Assembly: GCA_027053075.1 (NCBI GenBank)
Contig: JALUEE010000044.1
Span: forward strand, 1 to 46,439
Reading direction: 5' to 3'
DNA length: 46,439 nt
From: a candidate division WOR-3 bacterium
GTDB taxonomy: Bacteria > Hydrothermota > Hydrothermia > B15-G9 > WFZT01
In this document: piece after piece, positions 30,155 through 38,397 of the stretch
How the letters are laid out: each line of letters begins with the position of its first letter
How positions within the stretch are numbered: position 1 is the stretch's first letter
The notes under the pieces: model-generated
What the model was told of the DNA's origin: nothing
Database searches by the model: none
Seen by the model: only the letters and a program-made list of their open reading frames with translations
Position numbers and translations under genes: made by a program

Positions 30155-31007
30155 GGTTGCAGTTGTTAGCGGAAAAGGTGGCACCGGTAAGACCTCGGTT
30201 ACTGCCGCATTTGCCACAATAGTGAAGTCAAAAGTTCTTGCAGACTGTGATGTGGACGCACCGGACCTGCATTTGATACTTCAGCCTGAAATCCTCCAGT
30301 CCAGTGATTTTTATGGAATGAAAAGGGCTTACATAAGGCTTGATGACTGCACGTGGTGTGGAATTTGCCGGGAATACTGTAGATTTGATGCCATAAGTGA
30401 AGATTATGTGGTTGACCCTATAGCCTGTGATGGCTGTGAGCTGTGCTACCATCTCTGCCCTGAAAAGGCCATTGACCTGAAGCCCACACTTGCCGGGCAC
30501 TGGTACGTGGCAAAATCACGATTTGGCACCCTTGTCTATGGAATGCTCGAGATTGGTGAGGAAAACTCTGGCAAACTCGTTACAGTAATCCGCAAGCAGG
30601 GTCTATTTCTCGCACAGAAGGAAAAGGCCGATTATCTTTTAGTTGATGGACCACCTGGTACGGGATGCCCAGTAAATTCTACTCTTTCTGGCTTGAAATT
30701 TGCCTTTGTAGTGGCTGAGCCCACCCAGTCGGGGGCCCATGACCTCGGGAGAATTCTTGACCTCATGGAGCATTTCAATGTCTATCCTCTCGTGATCGTC
30801 AACAAATATGACCTAAATGAAGAGGTTTCGCGTGACATTGAAAAGTACGTGGAGCAAAGAGGAGGCACGGTGCTTGGCAGGATTCCCTTTGATCCTGCTG
30901 TAACAAAGTCCATGACAGAAGGACTGAGTGTCGTGGAATATGGCGACTCCCCTGCATCCAGAGCAATCCAGGAAGTGTGGAAAAAGTTTGAAGCAGGATT
31001 GAACTGA
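30147..31007 (+). CDS. MinD-superfamily P-loop ATPase with inserted ferredoxin (second paralogue)
   Basis: SGKGGTGKT, DCDVDAPD, CTWCGIC...C, CDGCELC...CP, ENSGKLV, DGPPGTGCP. Confidence 0.92.
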   Translation: MLEVAVVSGKGGTGKTSVTAAFATIVKSKVLADCDVDAPDLHLILQPEILQSSDFYGMKRAYIRLDDCTWCGICREYCRFDAISEDYVVDPIACDGCELCYHLCPEKAIDLKPTLAGHWYVAKSRFGTLVYGMLEIGEENSGKLVTVIRKQGLFLAQKEKADYLLVDGPPGTGCPVNSTLSGLKFAFVVAEPTQSGAHDLGRILDLMEHFNVYPLVIVNKYDLNEEVSRDIEKYVEQRGGTVLGRIPFDPAVTKSMTEGLSVVEYGDSPASRAIQEVWKKFEAGLN

Positions 31008-31212
31008 TTAGCGGCAACTTTGGAAAAGTTTAAAAGATTCTGCCCCTTAGAGATAACCTGTACGTCACACTACTATTTTTCAGCAGCGATGTAAAATAGT
31101 TTAACTTTTTACATCGGAAAGTTTCGTCCGAATGAAATTTTTAGTGTAAGTCTTGAAAATCCCCGATTTTCCCAACTGTCATTAAGATGACAATTGTGAA
31201 AGTTTGGAAAGC

Positions 31213-31500
31213 GAGCATGTTCGAAAATGTTCAAACACAGAAAACTCCTCTCCCCGCATAAATACTTACGGGGAGAGGATAGAGGAGAGAGGTCACATAT
31301 ATTAAACTTGAATAAATTTAAGAATAGAACTTACCCATCAACTTAGCGGCAATTTGTCTTTATCTTGAATTTCTAATTTTCAAGCGGAATGCCCCCTCCC
31401 AACACCCTCCCCCACTTGCAAAGCAAGTGGGGGAGGGGAACTTGAACCCAGATGTTTTACTAATGTGGATTATAGAAAATGATTTTTCAAACAAGCCTTC
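31213..31500. mobile_element. MITE-like unit 1 of the 31-kb array
   Basis: GAGCATGTTCGAAAAT ... ATTTTTCAAACAAGCCTTC; hairpin modules 31241-31298 and 31384-31444. Confidence 0.7.
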
Positions 31501-31510
31501 TTTGAAAAGT

Positions 31511-31859
31511 GAGCTCGTTCGCAAATGTTTCCCTAATTATTTTTTAGCTACAAGTGAATAAAGTGAGCAGAAAAGTGAGTTTAAACAAGTTTCACCAAGC
31601 ATGATAAGTTGCGAAACTCCCTCCCTTCATCTGGAAGGGAGGGTTGGGGTGGAATGGATAAATTAGTTAGGCAAAAGTATTTATGTTCGGGAATATTCTT
31701 TGACATTCAAAAGAGTGTTAATCTTTTCCCATTCTCCCCTGACCCCTCCTTCCGGCGGAAGGAGGGGAATTTACCGACTGGTCTGTGATCATTTTTAAAT
31801 TGCGTGAATTCATTGGAAAAGGTGGCAACTAAAATTTAGAATTTTTCAAACAAGCCTTC
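31511..31859. mobile_element. MITE-like unit 2 of the 31-kb array
   Basis: GAGCTCGTTCGCAAAT ... ATTTTTCAAACAAGCCTTC; modules 31611-31660 and 31724-31780; TTTGAAAAGT on both flanks. Confidence 0.7.
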
Positions 31860-31868
31860 TTTGAAAAG

Positions 31869-31897
31869 TTGACATATAAGGGGGACTTAAATATAAT
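31869..31897 (+). promoter_or_regulatory. Consensus sigma70 promoter of the mutase gene
   Basis: TTGACA, 17 nt, TATAAT (perfect consensus). Confidence 0.8.
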
Positions 31898-31922
31898 TCA
31901 TTCAAAAAAGGGGGTCTTTGAT

Positions 31923-33596
31923 ATGTATGATGAGCTGAAGAAAAGTCTTGATGAATGGTACAAAAGAAGAAAGGAAAGGTCAAAGGATATTAAGCCCAAA
32001 TATCAAACCATCTCCGGCCTGGAGATTAAAGACCTTTATACCCCCCTGGATATAAAAGATTTTGACTACAAAGAAAAGCTCGGTTTCCCGGGCGAGTACC
32101 CCTATACCCGAGGTCCCTATTACAACATGTACAGGGGTCGCGTCTGGACAATGCGTCAGTTCGCTGGATTCGGCAGAGCAAGTGACACAAACAAGCGCTT
32201 TAAGTATCTCCTTGCTCACGGTGAGACCGGTCTTTCCACGGCATTTGATTTTCCCACACTCTATGGACGTGATTCAGATGACCCTCTTTCCGAAGGTGAG
32301 GTTGGCCGCGTGGGTGTGGCAGTGGATACACTTGCTGATTTTGAAATTCTGTTTGATGGAATTCCCCTTGATAAGGTTTCAACCTCATTCACGATAAATC
32401 CCACTGCTGCCATCATACTTGCCATGTATATCGTAGTTGGCGAAAAGCAGGGGGTCCCATCGGAGAAACTCCGCGGCACTATTCAAAACGATATGTTTAA
32501 GGAGTACCACGCTCAGAACGAGTGGATATTCCCACCGGAGCCTTCGCTTAGAATCATCACTGACATCTTTGCCTTTGCAAAAGACCACGTTCCCAAATTT
32601 AATACAATCTCCATCTCAGGATATCACATCCGTGAGGCAGGCTCGACGGCTATTCAGGAGCTCGCTTTCACCCTTGCAGACGGATTTGCTTATGTTGAGG
32701 CGGGTATTAGGGCCGGACTCAATGTGGATGATTTCGCACCGAGGCTCTCATTCTTCTTTAATGCTCACATGGATTTCTTTGAGGAAATTGCCAAATTCCG
32801 TGCGGCAAGGAGAATCTGGGCGAGAGAGATGAAGAACCGATATAAGGCAAAGAAGCCTGAGAGCTGGAGACTGAGATTCCATACCCAGACTGCAGGCTGC
32901 TCCCTTACACTTCAACAGCCTGAAAACAACATAGTGAGGACCGCTTATGAGGCCCTTTCCGCAGTTTTGGGAGGCACACAGTCCCTCCATACAAATTCCT
33001 TTGACGAAGCGGTCCAGCTCCCTTCGGAAAAGGCCGTGAAAATTGCCCTCAGAACCCAGCAGATAATCGCTGAGGAAACAGGTGTCATCAACACCATAGA
33101 CCCCCTTGCCGGCTCATATTTTGTTGAAGCACTTACAGACAAGATGGAGGAAGAGGCATATAAATACTTTGACAAGATTCTGGAATTTGGTGATGGCTCA
33201 TTCTTAGACGGTGTTCTTAAGGGGATAGAGATAGGATTCTTCAGAAAAGAGATTGCGGATGCGTCTTACGCTTATCAGAGAAGAGTGGAAGAGGGCGAGT
33301 ATTCAGTTGTGGGAATCAACAAATATGCTGATCCTGATGAGAAAATTGAGATTCCGAGATTTTACATTGACCCCAATGTGGAGCCCGAGCAGATAGCATT
33401 CTTAAAGAAAATTAAATCAGAAAGGGACAACACTGCAGTCCAGAACGCGTTGAAGAGGATGGAGGAAGCGGCCAGGACCAATAAAAATCTCATGCCATAC
33501 ATTATAGATGCTGTCCGTGTTTATGCCACAGAGGGTGAGATTGTAAACACATTGAAATCTGTCTTCGGTGCCTACAAAGAGCTGGTAATGATTTAG
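31923..33596 (+). CDS. B12-dependent acyl-CoA mutase large (substrate-binding) subunit, isobutyryl-CoA mutase-like
   Basis: [52 protein letters not shown]; no DXHXXG B12 domain. ATG 31923 after GGGGG SD. Confidence 0.92.
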   Translation: MYDELKKSLDEWYKRRKERSKDIKPKYQTISGLEIKDLYTPLDIKDFDYKEKLGFPGEYPYTRGPYYNMYRGRVWTMRQFAGFGRASDTNKRFKYLLAHGETGLSTAFDFPTLYGRDSDDPLSEGEVGRVGVAVDTLADFEILFDGIPLDKVSTSFTINPTAAIILAMYIVVGEKQGVPSEKLRGTIQNDMFKEYHAQNEWIFPPEPSLRIITDIFAFAKDHVPKFNTISISGYHIREAGSTAIQELAFTLADGFAYVEAGIRAGLNVDDFAPRLSFFFNAHMDFFEEIAKFRAARRIWAREMKNRYKAKKPESWRLRFHTQTAGCSLTLQQPENNIVRTAYEALSAVLGGTQSLHTNSFDEAVQLPSEKAVKIALRTQQIIAEETGVINTIDPLAGSYFVEALTDKMEEEAYKYFDKILEFGDGSFLDGVLKGIEIGFFRKEIADASYAYQRRVEEGEYSVVGINKYADPDEKIEIPRFYIDPNVEPEQIAFLKKIKSERDNTAVQNALKRMEEAARTNKNLMPYIIDAVRVYATEGEIVNTLKSVFGAYKELVMI

Positions 33597-33884
33597 ATGG
33601 CTCATGTCATATTAAAGGAGAGCTGGCAGAGGGTTTGGAAACTCATCAAAGATAAGGCCTATATTTCCGAAAATGAGGCTATCCTGATTCAAGAGAAGAA
33701 TGAGGTGAACTTTCCTGTTTTATTCCGACAACATCCTGAAGGCGTGATTGTAAGGATGGACAACTTTCCCATGTTTGTGGATGAGGATACGGTTGAGGAT
33801 ATTTTGATTAAAACTGTAGATCAGCTTGGCATCAAAGCCAGATTCTACAATTTTCGGAAGAAAAAGTTAAAGAGTAGCTTTTAA
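33597..33884 (+). CDS. Hypothetical protein, 95 aa
   Basis: Starts immediately after the mutase stop; no recognised motif. Confidence 0.55.
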   Translation: MAHVILKESWQRVWKLIKDKAYISENEAILIQEKNEVNFPVLFRQHPEGVIVRMDNFPMFVDEDTVEDILIKTVDQLGIKARFYNFRKKKLKSSF

Positions 33885-34162
33885 AAGAGTACGATATGGT
33901 TTACTGATGTTTTAAGTATCATTTTAGGTGTAGAAATATTAATTGTTGCTGGACGTTATAGCCTCTGGATTCCCATATTGAGACATATAATTCTCATTTT
34001 GGGACTTTCGGGGACCTCAAAAATTAGTCGATGTAATCTTAAAAATGCAGTTTACCCCCATTAGGATTTCTCTTCTCTATATTTATTCCGAGTGGAAGGT
34101 TAATTGCCAGGATTCTGGGTAAATCGTTAAAAGAGGGAATTTTCGAACAGCATCATCTGCTT

Positions 34163-34191
34163 TTGAATTTAGAATAATAAAAGTGTAAAAT
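34163..34191 (+). promoter_or_regulatory. sigma70 promoter of the LVIVD gene
   Basis: TTGAAT, 17 nt, TAAAAT; AAGGAGGT SD before ATG 34218. Confidence 0.65.
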
Positions 34192-34217
34192 AATGTTTGT
34201 TAAAGGAGGTAAGAAAA

Positions 34218-36377
34218 ATGATGAAGTTGATGATAGTGATGTTGCTGGCTTTGGGCCAGGGTGGTAATTTTGGGAAGCATGGAGTAATGAGCAGGTTAGG
34301 TCTGCCAGAAATAGGAGGGCCAAGGGTTGAATCCGGATTTGATTCTCTTAATGTGAGATTTGTTGGTGCATGGCCCTTTGGCCCTTCTTATGCTGTTGCA
34401 ACAAACGGTGATACAGTTTTTCTTGGATCAGGAGGTGGAATATATATCCTTGACGTAACCGATCCCGCTAACCCTCAAAAAATAAGTGAGATAAAAACAC
34501 GCGGAATAGTAAGTGATATCGCTTATTTCAATGGCAAATTATATATTGCAGACGGTAAAGGAGGACTTGAGATATGGGATGTAAGTAATCTCACGTCTCC
34601 TCAAAAATTAAGTTCGTATAATACTCCCAGTTATACGGGAGGAGTGTATGTGGCAGGAAACTATGCTTATGTGACTGATAGAGATTCGGGAATGAGAGTG
34701 ATAGATGTAAGTAATCCTTCTAACCCTCATGAAGTGGGATATTTCGATACTCCTGGTTTGGCAATTGGTGTTTATGTATCAGGGAATTATGCTTATGTAG
34801 CAGATTGGGATTCAGGCCTGAGAGTCATTGATGTAAGTAATCCTTCTAATCCTTTTGAAGTAGGTTACGATACCCTTGGCTCTGCTTTGGATGTTTATGT
34901 GTTGGGGAATTATGCTTATGTAGCAGATTGGGATTCAGGCCTGAGAGTCATTGATGTAAGTAATCCTTCTAATCCTTTTGAAGTAGGTTACGATACCCTT
35001 GGTTTGGCAATTGGTGTTTATGTATCAGGGAATTATGCTTATGTAGCAGATTGGAATTCAGGTCTGAGAATAATAAATGTGAGTAATCCTAACAATCCTT
35101 TTGAAGTTGGTTACTACAACACACTGGCTTCTGCCTATGGAGTGGCTGTGGTTGAAAATTACGCTTATGTAGCTGACAATTGGGGAGGCTTAAGGATAAT
35201 AAATGTAAGTGATCCCTCTAATCCTTATGAATTGGGTTGCTATGAGGTTCCTGGAGACATAGAGGATGTATATGTATCAGGGAATTATGCTTATGTAGCA
35301 GATTGGAATTCAGGTCTGAGAATAATAGATGTGAGTAATCCTAACAATCCTTTTGAAGTTGGTTATTACGATACTCCTGGTCTTGCAAAAGGAGTGTATG
35401 TGGCTGGAAATTATGCTTATGTAGCTGATGATTGGGATGGTCTTTGGGTAATAGATGTAAGTAATCCATCCACCCCCCATGGAGTGGGTTATTATGATAC
35501 CCCGGGTTGGGCAAGGGATGTATATGTTTCGGGGAATTATGCTTATGTGGCTGATTGGGGAGATGGCCTTAGAGTAATAGATGTGAGTAATCCATCCAAT
35601 CCCCATGAAGTAGGTTATTATGATACACCAGGTTATGCTAGAGATGTATATGTGGTAGGGAATTACGCCTATGTGGCTGATGGTGATTCTGGATTGAGAG
35701 TGATTGATGTTAGCATTCCCACTAATCCCCGAGAAGTGGGTTTCGTTGATATTCCTGGTTATGCATATAGTGTCTATGCCGCAGAAAATTATGCCTATGT
35801 GGCAGCAGGTATTAATGGAGTGCGAATAATAAATGCGTATAATCCATCCAATCCCTATGAAGTAGGTTACTATAATGCAGGCTTTGCGAGAGAAGTATAT
35901 GTTGTAGAGAATTATGCGTACGTGGTGGGGGGGACTTACTTAAGAGTAACAGATGTAAGCAATCCATCCAATGCACATGAAGTAGGTTACCATGACACAC
36001 CCGGCTCTGCCAACGGGGTTTACGTGATTGAGAATTATGCCTATGTGGCAAATGGCAATGCTGGTCTGCAAATTTATCAGTTTTATGGTGTTGGAGTGGA
36101 AGAGGATGGATCAGAGCAGCTTGTTAATCCTTTGAGAGTTAAAGTGAATTCAGTGAAAAGGTTGGATATCTCATTTGAGGTTAAGCAAGGGACAAGGGCT
36201 GAGCTTAAACTTTATGACGTTGCAGGGAGAGAAGTCTGGAGAGGGAAGTTTAATTCAGGAAGACACCATGTATCCATGCCATTACCCACCGGGGTGTATA
36301 TCCTGAGGTCAAATGTTATAAACAGGACAAAGGTTTCAATTTATACGAAAAGATTGATAATTTTGGATAACAACTAA
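34218..36377 (+). CDS. Secreted LVIVD-repeat (beta-propeller) protein with T9SS-type C-terminal domain
   Basis: Signal peptide; about 13 repeats of 41-42 aa (V.GNYAYVAD...GLRVIDVSNPSNP.EVG); C-terminal LYDVAGR...LPTGVYIL...KRLII. Confidence 0.9.
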   Translation: MMKLMIVMLLALGQGGNFGKHGVMSRLGLPEIGGPRVESGFDSLNVRFVGAWPFGPSYAVATNGDTVFLGSGGGIYILDVTDPANPQKISEIKTRGIVSDIAYFNGKLYIADGKGGLEIWDVSNLTSPQKLSSYNTPSYTGGVYVAGNYAYVTDRDSGMRVIDVSNPSNPHEVGYFDTPGLAIGVYVSGNYAYVADWDSGLRVIDVSNPSNPFEVGYDTLGSALDVYVLGNYAYVADWDSGLRVIDVSNPSNPFEVGYDTLGLAIGVYVSGNYAYVADWNSGLRIINVSNPNNPFEVGYYNTLASAYGVAVVENYAYVADNWGGLRIINVSDPSNPYELGCYEVPGDIEDVYVSGNYAYVADWNSGLRIIDVSNPNNPFEVGYYDTPGLAKGVYVAGNYAYVADDWDGLWVIDVSNPSTPHGVGYYDTPGWARDVYVSGNYAYVADWGDGLRVIDVSNPSNPHEVGYYDTPGYARDVYVVGNYAYVADGDSGLRVIDVSIPTNPREVGFVDIPGYAYSVYAAENYAYVAAGINGVRIINAYNPSNPYEVGYYNAGFAREVYVVENYAYVVGGTYLRVTDVSNPSNAHEVGYHDTPGSANGVYVIENYAYVANGNAGLQIYQFYGVGVEEDGSEQLVNPLRVKVNSVKRLDISFEVKQGTRAELKLYDVAGREVWRGKFNSGRHHVSMPLPTGVYILRSNVINRTKVSIYTKRLIILDNN

Positions 36378-36451
36378 ACCAGTTTGGCCGGCTATTTTAA
36401 GAAGCTCTGTCTGTTGGGGAAATGCTACTTTAAATTTAAAGAGGTAAGACG

Positions 36452-36486
36452 AAGGGCACTCTCCCGCAAAGCGGGAGAGTGCCCTT
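36452..36486. terminator. Perfect 16-bp hairpin (AAA loop) between convergent genes
   Basis: aagggcactctcccgc-AAA-gcgggagagtgccctt. Confidence 0.7.
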
Positions 36487-36583
36487 GATATGAAAAGCCT
36501 TTCGTATTAGATAAAGCTGGAATTGAACAAGACCTGATATTGCAAATTCTCAGTTACAACAAAGTTCGCGATTACCCTAAAGA

Positions 36584-37861
36584 TTAAAATAGCACCGACG
36601 GGAAGGCGAGGGGGATGTAAGTAACGAGTAGTAGCACGATAAAAAGGGCGGCCACAAGCTGAAGACCGGCGCGGCTGATCCTCTCGATAGGAATTCCGGT
36701 TATTCCACTGACAATATACAGATTTATTGCCACAGGGGGCGTCACCATCCCGATGGCAAGAGCGATTACTTCTATAATTCCAAAGTGCAGCGGACTTACT
36801 CCGATATGCGTCATCAGGTCGAGAAAGATTGGTGTAAAAATGATGATAATTGATGCAGTTTCAAGGAACACACCTGCTATGATCAGCACTATATCGGATA
36901 TGAATAAAAGAAGATAACGATTATGGGTGAAGCTCAAAAGCCCCTGGGTTATTAGCAAAGGTATTCTCCAGTTGGCAAGTACCCATGCAAAAACCCGTGC
37001 TGTTGCAATTAAGAACATGACAAGTGATGCTGTAATTGCCGAGCCCACGATTATTTTTGCAATGTCTTTGAGATTTTTGTCCCTGTAGATAAAAAGTGAT
37101 ACAAAAATTGCCCAGTCCACTGCAATTACAGCGGCTTCAGACGGCGTAAAGTATCCAGAAAAGATGCCACCAAGAATGATGACCGGAGTCATTAATCCCC
37201 AGAAGGCAGATTTGAAGGTCACGAGTATTCTCTTCAAGGAAATTTTACCGCTCTTCTCGAGGTTTTCCTTAGCGGCCTTTCTAAGTGATAGGTAGATTAA
37301 GGCAAGGCCCATCAAAATCCCCGGTATAAATCCATTTAAAAATAATCTTCCCACAGATTCATAGGTTATAAATGCATACAAAACCATCGGAACTGACGGC
37401 GGAATCACAATTCCTATGCTACCGGCACTCGCAATAAGAGCCGCAGAGAAATCTCTGTCATAGTTTCTCTTTTCCAGCTCAGGGAGTATGGCTGATGCCA
37501 CCGCTGCTGTATCCGCTGCACCGGAGCCCGAAATTCCTGCAAAAATCATAGCAGTAACCGTCGAAATTGGCCACAAAGCACCTCGCATAAAACCCAGTAA
37601 GGATTCCACGAAATCCAGAATTAATTTAGAAGTCTGGCCGAAAGACATGAGGTCACCTGCAAGTATAAAAAATGGCACTGCAATAAGGGCAAAGGAATCG
37701 GTTCCCGCAAACATTCTCTGCGCGACAAGAACAAGCGGAACTTTACCAAGGATTAAAATAATTGTTGCCGAAAGACCAATGCTCACAGCTATAGGTACAC
37801 CGATAATCAGGAATATTGTAAAAGCGCTGAAAAGTATTAGTAAAACAAGTCCTCCCGGCAT
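36584..37861 (-). CDS. TRAP transporter large permease (DctM family)
   Basis: AVPFFILAG, ISGSGAAD, IPPS, TPSEAA, TPPVA.NL. Confidence 0.95.
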   Translation of the reverse strand: MPGGLVLLILFSAFTIFLIIGVPIAVSIGLSATIILILGKVPLVLVAQRMFAGTDSFALIAVPFFILAGDLMSFGQTSKLILDFVESLLGFMRGALWPISTVTAMIFAGISGSGAADTAAVASAILPELEKRNYDRDFSAALIASAGSIGIVIPPSVPMVLYAFITYESVGRLFLNGFIPGILMGLALIYLSLRKAAKENLEKSGKISLKRILVTFKSAFWGLMTPVIILGGIFSGYFTPSEAAVIAVDWAIFVSLFIYRDKNLKDIAKIIVGSAITASLVMFLIATARVFAWVLANWRIPLLITQGLLSFTHNRYLLLFISDIVLIIAGVFLETASIIIIFTPIFLDLMTHIGVSPLHFGIIEVIALAIGMVTPPVAINLYIVSGITGIPIERISRAGLQLVAALFIVLLLVTYIPLAFPSVLF

Positions 37862-38338
37862 CTACTCCCCCTCTTTCAAAATTATATTAAGCACGTTTAC
37901 AATGCCAAAATAGACCATAAAGCCAAAACTTATGGGAATAACAAGATAAACATCCTTCATTGGCAGATTGAGCGAGGGAGAGACCTGGAAGACCTGCATT
38001 TTTATCATTTCGATTCCATACCAGAAACCTAAAATAAAGAAGACGAGTGAGAAAAGATGGGCTACGAATACTGTCCATCTGCGCGCTCCATTGGATAAAC
38101 GGTCAAGAACGAAGGTAACAGCGATGTGCGCACCCCTATGGTATGCGAGGGCAGCACCGAGGAAGCTTCCCCAGACTAAAAGATAGCGTGACATCTCCTC
38201 TGTCCAGGAAAGTGCGGTAAAGAACACTCGTGCGATGATCTGGAGGGAAACGGTGATTATCATTCCGGTAATGAGAATAAAAACCGCGAGCTGAAGGATT
38301 TTATCGAGGATTTTTGAAAGGGATTTGAGGATTTTCAT
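37862..38338 (-). CDS. TRAP transporter small permease (DctQ family)
   Basis: Q...R, WTEE..RY, HI.V; 4 TM segments. Confidence 0.93.
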   Translation of the reverse strand: MKILKSLSKILDKILQLAVFILITGMIITVSLQIIARVFFTALSWTEEMSRYLLVWGSFLGAALAYHRGAHIAVTFVLDRLSNGARRWTVFVAHLFSLVFFILGFWYGIEMIKMQVFQVSPSLNLPMKDVYLVIPISFGFMVYFGIVNVLNIILKEGE

Positions 38339-38352
38339 GATGGGGATTTAAA

Positions 38353-38391
38353 GGTTGGGGGCGGGGGGCCGAAGGCCCCCCGCCCCCAACC
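38353..38391. repeat. Perfect 18-bp intercistronic hairpin between dctP and dctQ
   Basis: ggttgggggcggggggcc-GAA-ggccccccgcccccaacc. Confidence 0.8.
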
Positions 38392-38397
38392 CAAAAA

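Noticed and set aside
31145..31200. Cobalamin riboswitch upstream of the mutase (AATCCC...CCCAACTGT)
   Set aside because: Lacks the GGGAA, GCCACTG and B12-box elements and lies upstream of the consensus promoter. An Rfam/Infernal scan would settle it.
31212..31234. LexA (GAAC-N4-GTTC) boxes from the GTTCG/CGAAC motifs
   Set aside because: Half-site spacing is wrong, and none was seen upstream of dcd-recA.
31482..31869. CRISPR array from the 29-bp direct repeat
   Set aside because: Only two copies 359 bp apart, the spacer is itself repetitive, and there are no cas genes.
31869..31922. ORF-track N-terminal extensions (also 25008-25058, 34197-34217, 13877-13915, 12556-12597)
   Set aside because: They overlap promoters or upstream genes, and downstream starts have better SD or coupling.
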